A stretch of 64,000 nucleotides of DNA from Octopus vulgaris (lineage: Eukaryota): contig OX597835.1 of the NCBI GenBank assembly GCA_951406725.2, positions 49,104,001-49,168,000 of the forward strand, given 5' to 3'. The position numbers were made by a program, and so were the translations under genes. The notes under the pieces were generated by a model. The model was not told the DNA's origin and searched no databases. It saw only the letters and a program-made list of their open reading frames with translations. The number at the start of each line of letters is the position of its first letter. The first letter of the stretch is position 1. Positions 1 through 12,019 of the stretch are shown here, piece by piece.

Positions 1-64
1 ATAATAAAAAACGAATGGCTTATACTTGGCAGCTCACAGTGTTCGTTATATATTTGGTTAATGA

Positions 65-280
65 GAGTTGGAAGATGGAAGACACAAGAATTTCTATTAA
101 TCACGAATCGAGAAGACACATTGCAGAGCTGCTATTCTAATGAGTTATATCTAGTATCGCCCGAAGAGACACATCTGCACCAACGGATGCTACTGAACCA
201 GTTGTTAAGTATCCAACCCGTGCGGGATCTCGTCTAGATGGCTAAAAATTGTTGTATTTCCATCTTCCGTCTGTCGCTAA
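65..280 (+). mobile_element. Penelope-like pLTR remnant with partial hammerhead (5' half) and an inverted terminal piece
   Basis: ATCGC-CCGAAGA-GACACATCTGCA HHR 5' half near 156-180; homologous to 4630-4825 (minus); ends ~71-99 and ~244-268 are imperfect inverted repeats. Confidence 0.55.
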
Positions 281-331
<51 letters not shown>

Positions 332-414
332 CATATATACATATATGGCAAATGAAAGTTGGATTATGGAATATACGAGAATGTATTATATATATATATA
401 TATATGTATGTGTG

Positions 415-461
<47 letters not shown>

Positions 462-1245
462 CAGCGGTGGTTTTGTATCGGAGTATCCTTATCCTAGAGA
501 GAGTGCCTTCCAAGAGTCTGACGAACTCAATTTAACCGTAAGCAACGGGATTTTGAGCGACAGAAACACTCCTTTGCCCTTTCTCCTGTCCGTATGAAGC
601 ACTACAGCCACGCTAATATCTAGCTGTCGAGCAGGCCAGGGGCTGGACTCGGTGTGTCCGAGGCTATTTAAGAGGGTCGCCTTATGAAAATATTTTCGAA
701 GTAGTGAGAGCTTACCACTAACGTTCCTTGGCACGAACAAGGCGGATCTTGATTATATCAGAGACATCCGGCACCCTAACATGATTCACCATATCGCGAA
801 CATTAGCGTTGCCACTTGTGAAAGGATGGTAGCCAAATGCGTGGGCCTTGTGATCGAAATACATGATTCCTTCCAAACAAAGTTACGTGAAGGCCATTTG
901 CGGTTTGAACAACGAGTTTTACCGCTCCTTTGTGAAAGTATATGTGTATATGTATGTTTGTGCGTGTGTGTGTACATTGTGTGTATGTGTGTGTGCGTGT
1001 ACATTGTGCGTATGTCATATAGATGCTGTATATATATTATATATATCGCATAAGCGTATGATGAAGAGGCTCAGTCACTTGCTACAGATCTACTACTCGG
1101 AGAGAGTTAACGCTGACTGTATATATATATATATGCATATTGTTATGTTTCGGGGAGGTCATTCTTTCTTTGCCAAATAAATGCACGCACTATATGTTCG
1201 TTCTTCACTCGTTTATGATAGTTCATAATTTATTTTATGTGCATT

Positions 1246-1289
1246 GTCTGGAAATCTTTCGTCACACATCTGTGACCTCTTCAGCGACT
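1246..1289 (-). ncRNA. Minimal type I hammerhead ribozyme motif (slightly degenerate)
   Basis: Minus strand GTCG-CTGAAGA-G-GTCACA(gatg)TGTGAC-GAAA-GATT-TC-CAGAC: intact core, perfect 6-bp stem II, near-palindromic stem III, bulged stem I, AATAAA shortly downstream. Confidence 0.65.
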
Positions 1290-1499
1290 TTCCATCGACG
1301 TGTTTCCTCCGATTCTGTTTAGTCCATGTTTATATATGTTCTTCTTGAAAGAATTCAAACCGATCGCTAATAAAGCGACAAGACCTTTTTTTGAGTTAAG
1401 TGAATCCCCGGTGTTTGTGAATATATGGTTTGAGTTGGTGTGTTGCTTGAGCTGTCGATGCGTACACCCAAGTGTATGCATCTGTTCACCAAAAGGACC

Positions 1500-1680
1500 T
1501 CAGGTGGAGAATTTTGGGAATGTCTCACAAATCTTCACTGTGCCACAAATAAATTAGATTTGGAGGATCCACGTCAGTTTCTTTTGCTCTTTCTCAATAA
1601 AACCAAGAATTTTTTGGGTTTTGTGCAAATGTTGTTGGTACATAACCTAATGTACCTAGGAAGATACGTACAAATGAGTA
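1500..1680 (-). pseudogene. C-terminus of an RLE-type (R4/Dong/NeSL-like) non-LTR retrotransposon ORF, degraded
   Basis: Manual translation YSFVRIFLGTLGYVPTT / KILGFIEKEQKKLTWILQI*FICGTVKICETFPKFST* aligns with the C-terminus at 53220-53408 (FIPVITGALGYV..LGF..LQIQSVIGTVEICNTFPKFII*). Confidence 0.65.
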
Positions 1681-2991
1681 TTGTATGTATTTATGTATGT
1701 GCAAAATATACCCAGAACCGTGCCTCGGTTTATGAAATACACCCCAAATAATCTCACAGACACCAATACATTCTTCATCGCAACGTAACCTAAACCACTT
1801 CTAAGACCGTAATCACCAATAGTACCACTACAATAATTTCTGTCTCAACTACCACCGCTACTACAATCAGAACTAACACAACCATCATCATCGCAACCAC
1901 AGTCGCCAAGACCACCACCACAACAACCATCACCATAACGACCATTACCATAACAACCATTACCTGAACAAACACCACTGCATAGACATACAACACAAAA
2001 TACACATCACCAGTATGAAGAACATCACAACTAGTGCACACAACATCAGAGGGCGCACACCTTCACAACACAAAATACATATTCACAGCACCATCAACAG
2101 ACAGACAACAGCACAGTAAACACACACACTCACACAAACACACACACACACACACACACACACATACGCACCATCAGTATCATCATTACTATTACCATCA
2201 ACAAAAACGGCATTAAACTCGTCAATAACAGGAACAACACCAAAACACACATCCCCATACACATACACGCACACATACACGCACACACACAATTATCATC
2301 ATCATCATCATCGTCATCATCACCATCATCATCATCAGCAGCAGCAGCAGCAACAGCGGCCTCAATCACACCAATAACAGGAACGGAACGAAAACACACA
2401 CCCGCCATACACACACACAGAAGCACACAGTCGTCAGACAATAAACACACCACACAAATACACACACAACTATGGAGGCTGCTTTTCAAAATATCCGGTT
2501 CGTCTTTCATTAAATATTAACGGCGGCAACAGACAAATTGGCATTCGATATATTTGATAGTATCGTTGTTCGCTTGAAATAGAGGTTACTGGTGTATTAT
2601 CATCACTCACACACACACACACAGACATGCATGTGTGTGTGTATGGTGTGTAGTGTGTATGTATGAGTCCGTGTGCATTCACACAGCTACATGTAAATGC
2701 TGTTACACACATGCGTTGGTTTCCAAAATGTTCACGTGCAAACATGCAGGTGTTCGCTTTTAGGAATGCATATTCACAATATGATATGCATATAAATAGC
2801 CATATATGTGTGGGTGTGTGGGTATGGGTGTGTGTGTTCGTGTGTGTGAATATATATGTATGTATATACGCATGTATATGTATAAATACATGCATATATA
2901 CACATATATATTAATGTAGTTACATATATACTTACATATGTATTTGTGAATATACATATATATGTAGATATGTATTATATATGCACATATG

Positions 2992-3037
<46 letters not shown>

Positions 3038-3559
3038 TATACGTAGATATGTATGAGTATATAAAATTACATGCATCTATATGTATATTTTATAAACTTA
3101 TATATAAGTCTTACTTTCAAAGTTGCTTTCATACTTTTCTACCTACGTACCTGTATACAACCATGCATGCACACACACACACACTCACACACACACACAC
3201 ACACACGCGCGCACACACATACACATAGTGGAATTTTTCAAATATATTGCATACCCAGCCTCAAATCCCAGGGGTTACTTTATGATGTAGGGCAAAAAGT
3301 CTTCGAAAATGTCTAAAATTTAAAATATTTGCCATTGTAAATATATGGAATTATTTATTGCATTCCTTAAAGTTTTCAAAACAGAAATGTTTTTGTTCGG
3401 TGATTCTGCTGTCTGATTTTATCTTCTTTGAATGCAAAGGGTCGTCGGTTCGAATTCAACAGTAACGTTGTCTTCAGAATTCATTATTGTGTTTGTTGTT
3501 GTTGTGTTGCTGATGATGTTGTTAGTCTTAGGTCAGTTTTGATTTAGCGGACTCTCTAC

Positions 3560-3860
3560 ATGCGCGTGGTCAAGTGGTTAGCATGCTGTACTCACGACCC
3601 TAAGGCCGGGGTTTCGATTTCGAGACCTGGAGATACGTTGCATTCTTGAGCGAAACACTTCATTTTAATGCTGCTTCAGTTCACTCAGTTTCGCTGCGGA
3701 GTTAATCCCGTGACGGGCTGGCATCTCGCTTGCTGGAGAGTGTCATCATTTCAGTTGCTTATGGGCCACGCAAAAAACTGGCACTCCGTCGGCTGCGACG
3801 ATGCAGATTGCAGTTGATTCCATCAACGGAACGGCCTACTCGTGGAATTAACGTGGATCG
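3560..3860 (+). mobile_element. tRNA-derived SINE, degraded (family D-like)
   Basis: A-box TGGTCAAGTGG, B-box-like GTTTCGATTTC, then CTTGAGCGAAACACTTCATTTT as in the 11250 and 46090 copies. Confidence 0.6.
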
Positions 3861-4027
3861 CGAAATTAACGATTATAAAAACCTGATCTTAGAACTCAAT
3901 ATGTGTGTCTGTGTGTATAAATATATATGTATGTACATATAAATATATATATGTGTGTGTGTGTATGTGTCTGTGTGTGTGTGCGCGTGTGTATAATTAT
4001 ATATGTATGTACATATATATATGTGTG

Positions 4028-4072
<45 letters not shown>

Positions 4073-4094
4073 GTGTGTGTGCCTGTGTCTGTGT

Positions 4095-4300
4095 CTTTGT
4101 TTGTCCCCCAACCATCGCTTGACAACCGATGTTGGTGTGTTCACGTCCCCATAACTTGGCAGTTCGGCAAAAGAGGCCGATAGAATAAGTACTAGGCTTA
4201 CAAAAAATATGTCCTGGGATCGATTTCTTCGACTAAAGGCGGTGCTCCAGCGTAGCCGCAGCCAAATGACCGAAACAAAGAAACGAATAAAATAATAAAA
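4095..4300 (+). mobile_element. SINE family A, 3' half
   Basis: Matches 16150-16345 (GCTTGACAACCGATG...GGCGGTGCTCCAGC...GAAAC, A-rich tail). Confidence 0.85.
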
Positions 4301-4580
4301 GAATACACACACACACACATACATAAATGAAACACGCATTGAGTCGAAACAGGTGCAGCTGAAGAAGGGGAATGTTCCTTGTGTTGTTTGTCTTGTACTC
4401 TGTTTTTTCGTTGTTAAAAAAAGTCTGTTTCCTTGTTTGATTTTATGTTTTCGTTTCTCGTATTGTTCTACGTTTATTTGTGGTGTCCTGTACTCATATA
4501 TGCATGTATATATACATATAGATGTAGGTAAGTACATATATGTATGTATGTATGCATATGTTTTATTTATAAATTGTTAT

Positions 4581-4617
<37 letters not shown>

Positions 4618-4629
4618 GCATATATATGC

Positions 4630-4825
4630 TTAATGACAGACGGAAGAAGGAAGATACGAGAATTTTTATTAATCACTACAATCGTTTCGACCCATCTAGC
4701 ATCGATCCCTCACGCTTGGCATACTTCAGTAGCACCCGACGATGCAGATGTGTCTCTTCGAGTTGTAAATAGACACAACTCGTTAAAATAACAGTTTCGC
4801 AATGTCTCTTCTCAGATCACGTAAA
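4630..4825 (-). mobile_element. Penelope-like pLTR remnant with long-stem-II hammerhead-like motif (~4672-4766)
   Basis: Minus: TCGAAGA-GACACATCTGCATCG...CGATGCTAGATGGGTC-GAAA-CGATTG-TA-GTGAT-TAATAAA; homologous to 65-280. Confidence 0.55.
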
Positions 4826-4885
4826 GAAAAGCAGCAAATTAAAGAAACGAATACGCAATACAGCAAAAAAGTTTTAAATATAACC

Positions 4886-5052
4886 TATTTCTTTATTACC
4901 CACAAGGGGCTAAACACAGAGGGGACAAACAAGGACAGACATAGGTATTAAGTCGATTACATCGACCCCAGTGCGTAACTGGTACTTAATTTATCGACCC
5001 CGAAAGGATGAAAGGCAAAGTCGACCTCGGCGGAATTTGAACTCACCTACGT
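4886..5052 (-). mobile_element. SINE family B, 5'-truncated, Tx1-type tail, 20-bp TSD
   Basis: Core GCCTTTCATCCTTTCGGGGTCGATAAATTAAGTACCAG; TSD AAAAAGT(T/A)TTAAATATAACC at 4866-4885 and 5053-5072. Confidence 0.85.
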
Positions 5053-5214
5053 AAAAAGTATTAAATATAACCGTTAACGGATATGAATGTATAAACGCCA
5101 TCATGCAGGTTGTATAACGCATGTACACTCGCTCATACAAGAATCCACGAAGATGTAATCACACGCACACCTGTGGTTTAGCACACATTCTTTCACAGAG
5201 CGAATTAAATATGT

Positions 5215-5368
5215 ACTAGGGGATGTTGTAAAGTTTCTGGCTTTGGTTAAAAGAATATGCAGAAGGATCAGTTAATTCTGATTTTATTCAACATATTCGC
5301 CAATTAGAGTCACACGCTTATGGTAGCAGTTTTGCGCTTCGATTTTTCTAAGCCGTGCAAAAGAGCTC
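5215..5368 (-). mobile_element. mariner 3'-terminal fragment
   Basis: Translates to ...CYHKRVTLIGEYVE* (mariner C-terminal G[DE]YVE end), followed by TIR-like TACTAGGGGATGTTGTAAAGTTTCTGGC on the + strand. Confidence 0.6.
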
Positions 5369-5381
5369 AGATTGTGTATAT

Positions 5382-5386
<5 letters not shown>

Positions 5387-5463
<77 letters not shown>

Positions 5464-5470
5464 TAGATAG
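5387..5470. repeat. (ATAG)n microsatellite
   Basis: Direct reading. Confidence 0.95.
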
Positions 5471-5743
5471 ATATCGATATACATATATACAAAGAGAGAG
5501 AGAGAGACAGAGAGAAAACAATCAGTGAGGGATTATCAGTCCGAGAAACCCTTTCTATAATGGCTACTGAAAAACAGCTGTAAGCCAAATTTGCTATTAT
5601 AAAGGAATTATATTTTATAAACATTATTTTAACTTGTCTATTACAATATATATAAACTCCAATTATACATTATTTTTTATAATAAAGTTATATATGCCCC
5701 AATTAAAGCGAGTAAATCTAAGCAATTGACTGAAAGAAGAAGG

Positions 5744-5816
5744 GCCGAACCACTGGGAATCGAACACGACATCAATGCTTACAGAGCTCCCTACGCATCC
5801 AATTCAGCCAGATAGC
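5744..5816 (-). repeat. tRNA-like (Pol III A/B box) repeat head, degenerate
   Basis: Minus: TGGCTGAATTGG (A box) ... GTTCGATTCCC (B box); no complete cloverleaf. Confidence 0.4.
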
Positions 5817-5930
5817 ATATATTATTATTGTGACAATAATATATAATTCGTTATTTATTGAAAGGCCTATGTGGTCGCTCTTCTCCGTATTTACACCCTT
5901 CGGGCTTGTTTACAAATTAAATATATATAA

Positions 5931-5934
<4 letters not shown>

Positions 5935-5963
<29 letters not shown>

Positions 5964-6612
5964 TGTATATGTATGTATGCATGCATGCATGTATGTATGT
6001 ATGTATGCATGTATGAATGTATGTATGCATGCATGTATGTATGTATGTATGTATGTTTGTATGTATGTATGTATGTATGTATGTATGTATGTATGTATGC
6101 ATGCATGCATGTATGTATGTATGTATGTATGTATGTATGCATGCATGCATGTATGTATGTATGTATGTATGTATGTATGCATGTATGCATGTATGTATGT
6201 ATGTATGTATGTATGTATGTATGCATGCATGCATGTATGTATGTATGTATGTATGTTTGTATGTATGCATGTATGTAGGTATGTATGTATGTATGTATGT
6301 ATGTATTACGTATGCATGCATGTATGTATGTATGTATGTATGTATGCATGCATGCATGTATGTATGCATGTATGTATGTATGTATGTATGTATGTATGTA
6401 TGTATGTATGTATGCATGTATGTAGGTATGCATGTATGTATGTATGTATGCATGCATGCATGCATGTATGTATGTATGTATGTATGCATGTATGTAGGTA
6501 TGTATGTATGTATGTATGTTTGTATGTATGCATGTATGTAGGTATGTATGTATGTATGTTTATATGTATGTATGTATGCATGTATGCATGCACGTAATAT
6601 GTATGTATGTAT
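5935..6612. repeat. Long (TATG)n/(CATG) compound microsatellite, ~680 bp
   Basis: Direct reading; source of the MYVC/HTYI pseudo-ORFs. Confidence 0.97.
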
Positions 6613-6950
6613 GCTGCAAGAGACTGCACCACTTCCTTCATTCCTTCACTCTTCCCCTTCCTCTTGCCATACAGCTTTGGAAGACCAGTTCTACCCTGTG
6701 CCAATAAATCGAACTCTTCCTTGAGGATATTAGCCTATACCATAACCGGTATCGAACCCCCCACCCACCCACCCACCCTCAACTGAGTCGTACTCCAGTA
6801 ACAACGCAACCATCAAATTTAAACGTGGAAACATATTTCACTTATCTCCAGTTGTTCACCTGCTTCTATTTCTTATTATGTCTGTGCGTGTGTGTGTGTT
6901 TGTATGTGTATTTGTGTGTGTGTGCCTGTGCGTGTGTGTGTGTATGCGCG

Positions 6951-7023
<73 letters not shown>

Positions 7024-7182
7024 CTGTGTCTGTGTGTGTACATAAGCTAAATGGATATGATTTCCTGCTCCAAAGTTTTTGAAATTTGCTTTCTCATTTT
7101 GGTATTTCAAAACATTTTTAACGCGCACTCGCAAGCACGCACACGCACATGCATATACACACAGAGAGAAGCATATCCATAC

Positions 7183-7303
<121 letters not shown>

Positions 7304-7789
7304 TATACATATACACGTACACATCTGTGTGTGTAATGCACCAATTTCTATCAGATGTGTGGTGTGTAGAGGTGCGAAGATCAAAGGAGGACGAATTAAT
7401 TGCAGCTTCCATTCTAAAAGAATATTGTCTCAGTTTTGGTTTAAATCCCAGACAGGGTTTTGTTTCTGCAAGAGATGGATGGAACTATAGAAACGGTCGT
7501 ACGGATATACGTATATACACACACACACACACAGACACACATATTCAGAGAATAAGAAGGGAAGGGAGAGAGGTAAAGAGAGTGAGAATGTTTCGCATAC
7601 GCTTGGAGACATCCCCATCCAGTTTCTTAGATTTGGTGACCCGTTAAGTATTTGGCGGACTTTCGTAGATTAAGCGAATAATGGTTTTAACAGCGATATA
7701 AACTATAGATATTCTACACACTTAATTCGGTGTGCACTTAAGCTTCTGAAGATTCACACACATATTCTATACATACATTTAAGTGGGTG

Positions 7790-7830
<41 letters not shown>

Positions 7831-7963
7831 GTATATATGTATATATCTATATGTGTGATTAACGGTGAAGAAATAATATATTCTAAAAAGAAATAATGAA
7901 TATATTCACGAACGATTTAACGATCAACAGTTTATAGCTAGATAAGTAGTTATACCAACATAT

Positions 7964-8019
<56 letters not shown>

Positions 8020-8047
8020 GTAGGTAGATAGATAGGTAGATAGAAAG

Positions 8048-8146
<99 letters not shown>

Positions 8147-8176
8147 CATACATACATACATACATACATACATAAC

Positions 8177-9003
8177 TTTCTTTATTGGCCACACAGGGCT
8201 GAACACAGAGAGGACAAAGAGCTTTCCTTTCCGAAAAAGAAACAGGAAAAGGGAAAAATACAGAAAAAAAAGTAAAATTCCGATAAAAAGGGTCGGGAAA
8301 AAAATAGAAAAGAAAAGAAAGGCGATCAAAAGGGATCATGTATCACAGAAGAAATTTTTAAAATGTAGGAAACAAGATTAGATTTATCCATGGAAAGAAA
8401 AGCCAACGGAAATGACCACGGTAACCTCAGGCTAGGAGGGAATAAACACATGAGAGCAAAGTGCTCTCTCTCTCTCTTTTCGATTTACAGGACCTAGGGG
8501 TTTCTTCACTCGCACGCACCATCTTTGCTACATTCACCCACCTTTTTGAAACTTTCACGAGACAAAACCTGCCTCTCCATTCTCACCTCCCTTTTCAAGT
8601 GGTACTTGAAAAAGTTGATGAGCGATTGGCCAGAGAGGTAAGTGTTTGTCTCTAATCCTTTTGCTCGAGTCCACCACACACATTCTTTCACCATGGCCAC
8701 CACCAGTACGATGAAGACTGCCTAGCCTTCCCGGTTGAGGGAAGGTGATGGAGCAATTGTCACGATAGACTCGGCCGACAGGTGCACTTGTCCCACACGT
8801 GACAGCAGCCGTTCGTCATAAGCTCACAGGTCCGAAATGCTTGGACACTGCACGAGTGCGTGCAGAACTGTTTCGTCGCTCTGACCGCATCTCGGACAAG
8901 TCGATCCAGTGTGTCTCGAACTGTGCCTGTAGAGCTTATCCCGAGCAGGTAATGCTTCTCGATAGCACTGCCAGGCCAGGGATCTTTGGTGATTGTCCAT
9001 AGG
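8177..9003 (-). mobile_element. L1/Tx1-clade LINE 3' fragment (zf-RVT CCHC region and 3' UTR)
   Basis: Manual minus-strand translation MDNHQRSLAWQCYREALPARDKLYRH...TCPRCGQSDETVLHALVQCPSI...KECVWWTR...FFKYHLKREVRMER with in-frame stops; ends in AATAAAGAAA. Confidence 0.75.
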
Positions 9004-9129
9004 TAAGGAAGTTACACAAGTTATATATATATATATATATATATATAATAATAATAAATATTAGGGAATAAATCCAAACTTACAGGGAAAAATCATTTTA
9101 GGATTGAATCCAATTTTATAGTAAAATAT

Positions 9130-9297
9130 TATATTATATTAAATTAGAGACAAAACCACTATTAGGCAAATTAATTATATTTTTTTAATAATTTTGTTAT
9201 ATATTTAAATAATATAAATTAATCATATGTCTTGGCTTAAGTTTTTCATTGTTTGATTTGCCTAATAGTGGTTTTGTCTCTAATTTAATATAATATA
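9130..9297. repeat. Perfect 42-bp inverted repeat, 84-bp spacer
   Basis: 9130-9171 TATATTATATTAAATTAGAGACAAAACCACTATTAGGCAAAT is the exact reverse complement of 9256-9297. Confidence 0.92.
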
Positions 9298-9339
9298 TAT
9301 ATAGTGGAAACAATACGGAAGATAGAGTGTAATCGAAAC

Positions 9340-9443
9340 TTTATTTGTCACAGCGATCGTTTCGACATATCGTACACCGCTCCCTCGTGGGTTGCAAACT
9401 ATACAATGAATTCCCGCAGCGCAGAAGCATCTCTTCAGTTAAT
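9340..9443 (-). ncRNA. Degenerate hammerhead-like motif (PLE pLTR-type)
   Basis: Minus: CTGAAGA-GATG...ATGTC-GAAA-CGATCG-CT-GTGAC-AAATAAA; stem I and cleavage triplet damaged. Confidence 0.4.
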
Positions 9444-9659
9444 ATAATTTGCTTTCTCGTTATATGAGTGACGTTTCGCTCTTCGCTCTGGAGCTTAAAT
9501 ACGCATCCCTATGTGTATATATACATGTTTGTTACACCATTAACTTGCTACATGTTGTCCAAATGTTGCTGAAGTGCTTAACCGTTATTTTCATGCATAA
9601 CATAGACATTAACTGTTTATTCTTTATCATATAGCTTTGATAATGAGTGGTTAAAAAAA

Positions 9660-10130
9660 AAATTGCAGTTATAGGCATTTTACGTTCCCTGTGGAAAAAC
9701 GGACTGAGTAGAAGTACAGCAATAAAAGAAATTAATGGGGTGGAAATTCGAGGAAATGTCAATGAACGTGTGGCAGAAAATTGGTTCAGACATTTCAAGG
9801 GAATATTTTGAGGCATACCAGCCTCAAAGACAAACCAATTGTGGAAGATGAGGCATCGTTTGGAATGCTTGAGGTAACACCAAGCACAATCACTCGTACA
9901 TTTTCGGCAGAACTTGGTCCTTGACAAAGCACAAGAAATCGACACTTCCATAAGCTCGGCTTGTGAACAGACGCTGTAGACATGTGTCTCATGGAGTGAC
10001 CAATGACCAAGCTCAACGACTTGTAAATATATGCAAACATCTGCAAACAAATCCTCAAGAAACCCGGTTTTTTTTTGGCGTCGATTTGTAACTGAGATGA
10101 TGTCTCTTCGTAATCCTAAAACGAAAGAAA
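9660..10130 (+). mobile_element. mariner transposase N-terminal remnant
   Basis: ILRSLWKNGLSRSTAIKEINGVEIRGNVNERVAENWFRHFKG...AELG...RHFHKLGLVNRRCRHVSH; HTH-type N-terminus with frameshifts and stops. Confidence 0.65.
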
Positions 10131-10465
10131 TCAGTGTCTTCGCTTTAAATTCAGGGACAATGCAACTTATAATCAGTGCATTAGCAAAGAATCATATTTT
10201 ATCGCAAAATATACACCCCTTTTGAATGCTTCCACCTCAGATGACGCTACTACAAGGGCCTTAGAATAATACCCACGCAAATATTAAAAACGATATATTT
10301 AGAACAGTCACTACTCATGAATTTATTCAGAACAATTCCAATCACTACTGCTATAACCACAACAAATCGCTTTTAGGTCACTTGACCAATTATGAAGACT
10401 TTACCAACAGTCTACTGCTGTCATACAACTACCGTCTTTTTCTTCTTTCTCTACTTTTCCTACTG

Positions 10466-10543
10466 CTTCTTCTTCTTCTTCTTCTTCTTCTTCTTCTTCT
10501 TCTTCTTCTTCTTCTTCTTCTTCTTCTTCTTCTTCTTCTTCTT
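10466..10543. repeat. (CTT)n microsatellite
   Basis: Direct reading. Confidence 0.95.
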
Positions 10544-11126
10544 CGGCTACTGCTGCTTAAACAATTAATTTTTCCACAATTTAATTGTTTTTCATGCTTT
10601 ACGCTAAGTTGAAAAAGTCGCAAAGGCTGAAACCGGTACTAAAATGTTCTTCATGATAAAATTATTTTAGCATTTCCTACCTTGTCTTATTTTCCTTATA
10701 CATATCAACTCGTGTGCTTCTTTTCAACCTTCTACACCCACACACACACGTATGCATGTATGTAATATATATATATCTGTATGTATGTGTATGTGTAAAT
10801 AAATATACGTATGTGTGTGCTAAAAGGCAAATACAGTGCAGTTACAATGGAGAAAATATCTCTCTTTGTTACATCTTTGTTACATCTTTGTTACATCTCA
10901 TTGACAAGAGTCAATAAACTCGAAACAACGATGTCTGGGATTCCTCATAGATGGCGACCTTGGACAAATAGATGGCGACCTTGGACACACCGTTTTACCA
11001 TAAGAGAGATATTTTCTCCACGGAACCAGAAGTGTATTTGCCTTTTAGTAGTTTTTGAAATGCCACTCACAAATTTTAACTAACCTATATTTTGCTTCTT
11101 CCTAAACACTGCTTGACGCTAACACT

Positions 11127-11197
<71 letters not shown>

Positions 11198-11249
11198 TTG
11201 TGTGTGTGTGTGTGTGTGTATGTCTGTGTCTGTGTGTATATGTGTGGTG

Positions 11250-11510
11250 GTGGTGCATGGCTCAGTAGTTCGAGTATTGCACTCATGATTCCTAGACAGG
11301 GTGGTACGTTATGTTCTTGAACAAAACACTTCATCTGTCGCTGCTCAGCGATCACTTCGACTCCTGACCGCGCGTAGTACTCCGAGTACCTATTCAGACA
11401 ACGTCGAATTGATGGAGAGAATGAACTAATGTACGGCGCATACATTTGATTGGACGTTTGGCAAAAAAACTGAAAGACCATACGTCGTCTTCAACAGAGG
11501 TGTCCATTAC
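11250..11510 (+). mobile_element. tRNA-derived SINE (family D-like)
   Basis: TGGCTCAGTAGTT A box; TGTTCTTGAACAAAACACTTCA shared with 45790-45820. Confidence 0.6.
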
Positions 11511-11788
11511 ATGCATACATACATACATACATACATACATACATACACGTATGCATGCATTCATACATACATATATACATGCATACTTACATACATACAT
11601 GCGTGTGTGTGTGTGTGTGTGTGTGTGTAGCAAGCGATAACCACCATCTCGACAATTGTAACATCTCTTACTATAACCCATCACATTTCCATTCACTCAA
11701 CCTCGCTCAGTACTTGCATGATTGCTACCACCGCAGGCAGTCTGATAAGACCTCATCCTTCTACTCACCTTTTAATTTTACTGCTACC

Positions 11789-12019
11789 TATTTCTTTATT
11801 ACCCCCGAGGGGCTAAACACAGAGGGGACAAACAAGGACAGACAAACAGATTAAGTCGATTACATCGGCCTCCAGTGCGTTACTGGTACTTAATTTATCG
11901 ACCCCGAGAGGATGAAAGGCAAAGTCGACCTCGGCGGAATTTGAACTCACAACGTAACGCAGACGAAATACCGCTAAGCATTTCGCCCGGCGTGCTAACG
12001 GTTCTGCCAGCTCGCCGCC
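11789..12019 (-). mobile_element. SINE family B, full length, Tx1-type tail, 16-bp TSD
   Basis: Head GGCGGCGAGCTGGCAGAACCGTTAGC, B box GAGTTCAAATTCC, core, tail ...GTAATAAAGAAATA; TSD TAATTTTACT(G/A)CTACC at 11773-11788 and 12020-12035. Confidence 0.9.

Noticed and set aside
4340-4385. GAAAC...CTGAAGAAGGGG as a permuted hammerhead (also CTGAAGA on minus at ~48395)
   Set aside because: No closing stem II plus GAAA in the right order; at most truncated pLTR debris.
5830-6704. Long ORFs (up to 255 aa) of MYVC/HTYI repeats; same at 44297, 52396 and 53565
   Set aside because: Translations of stop-free (TATG)n microsatellites, open in several frames on both strands; not genes.
10863-10987. Short direct repeats as a possible CRISPR array
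   Set aside because: Adjacent tandem copies without spacers, eukaryotic context, no cas genes.
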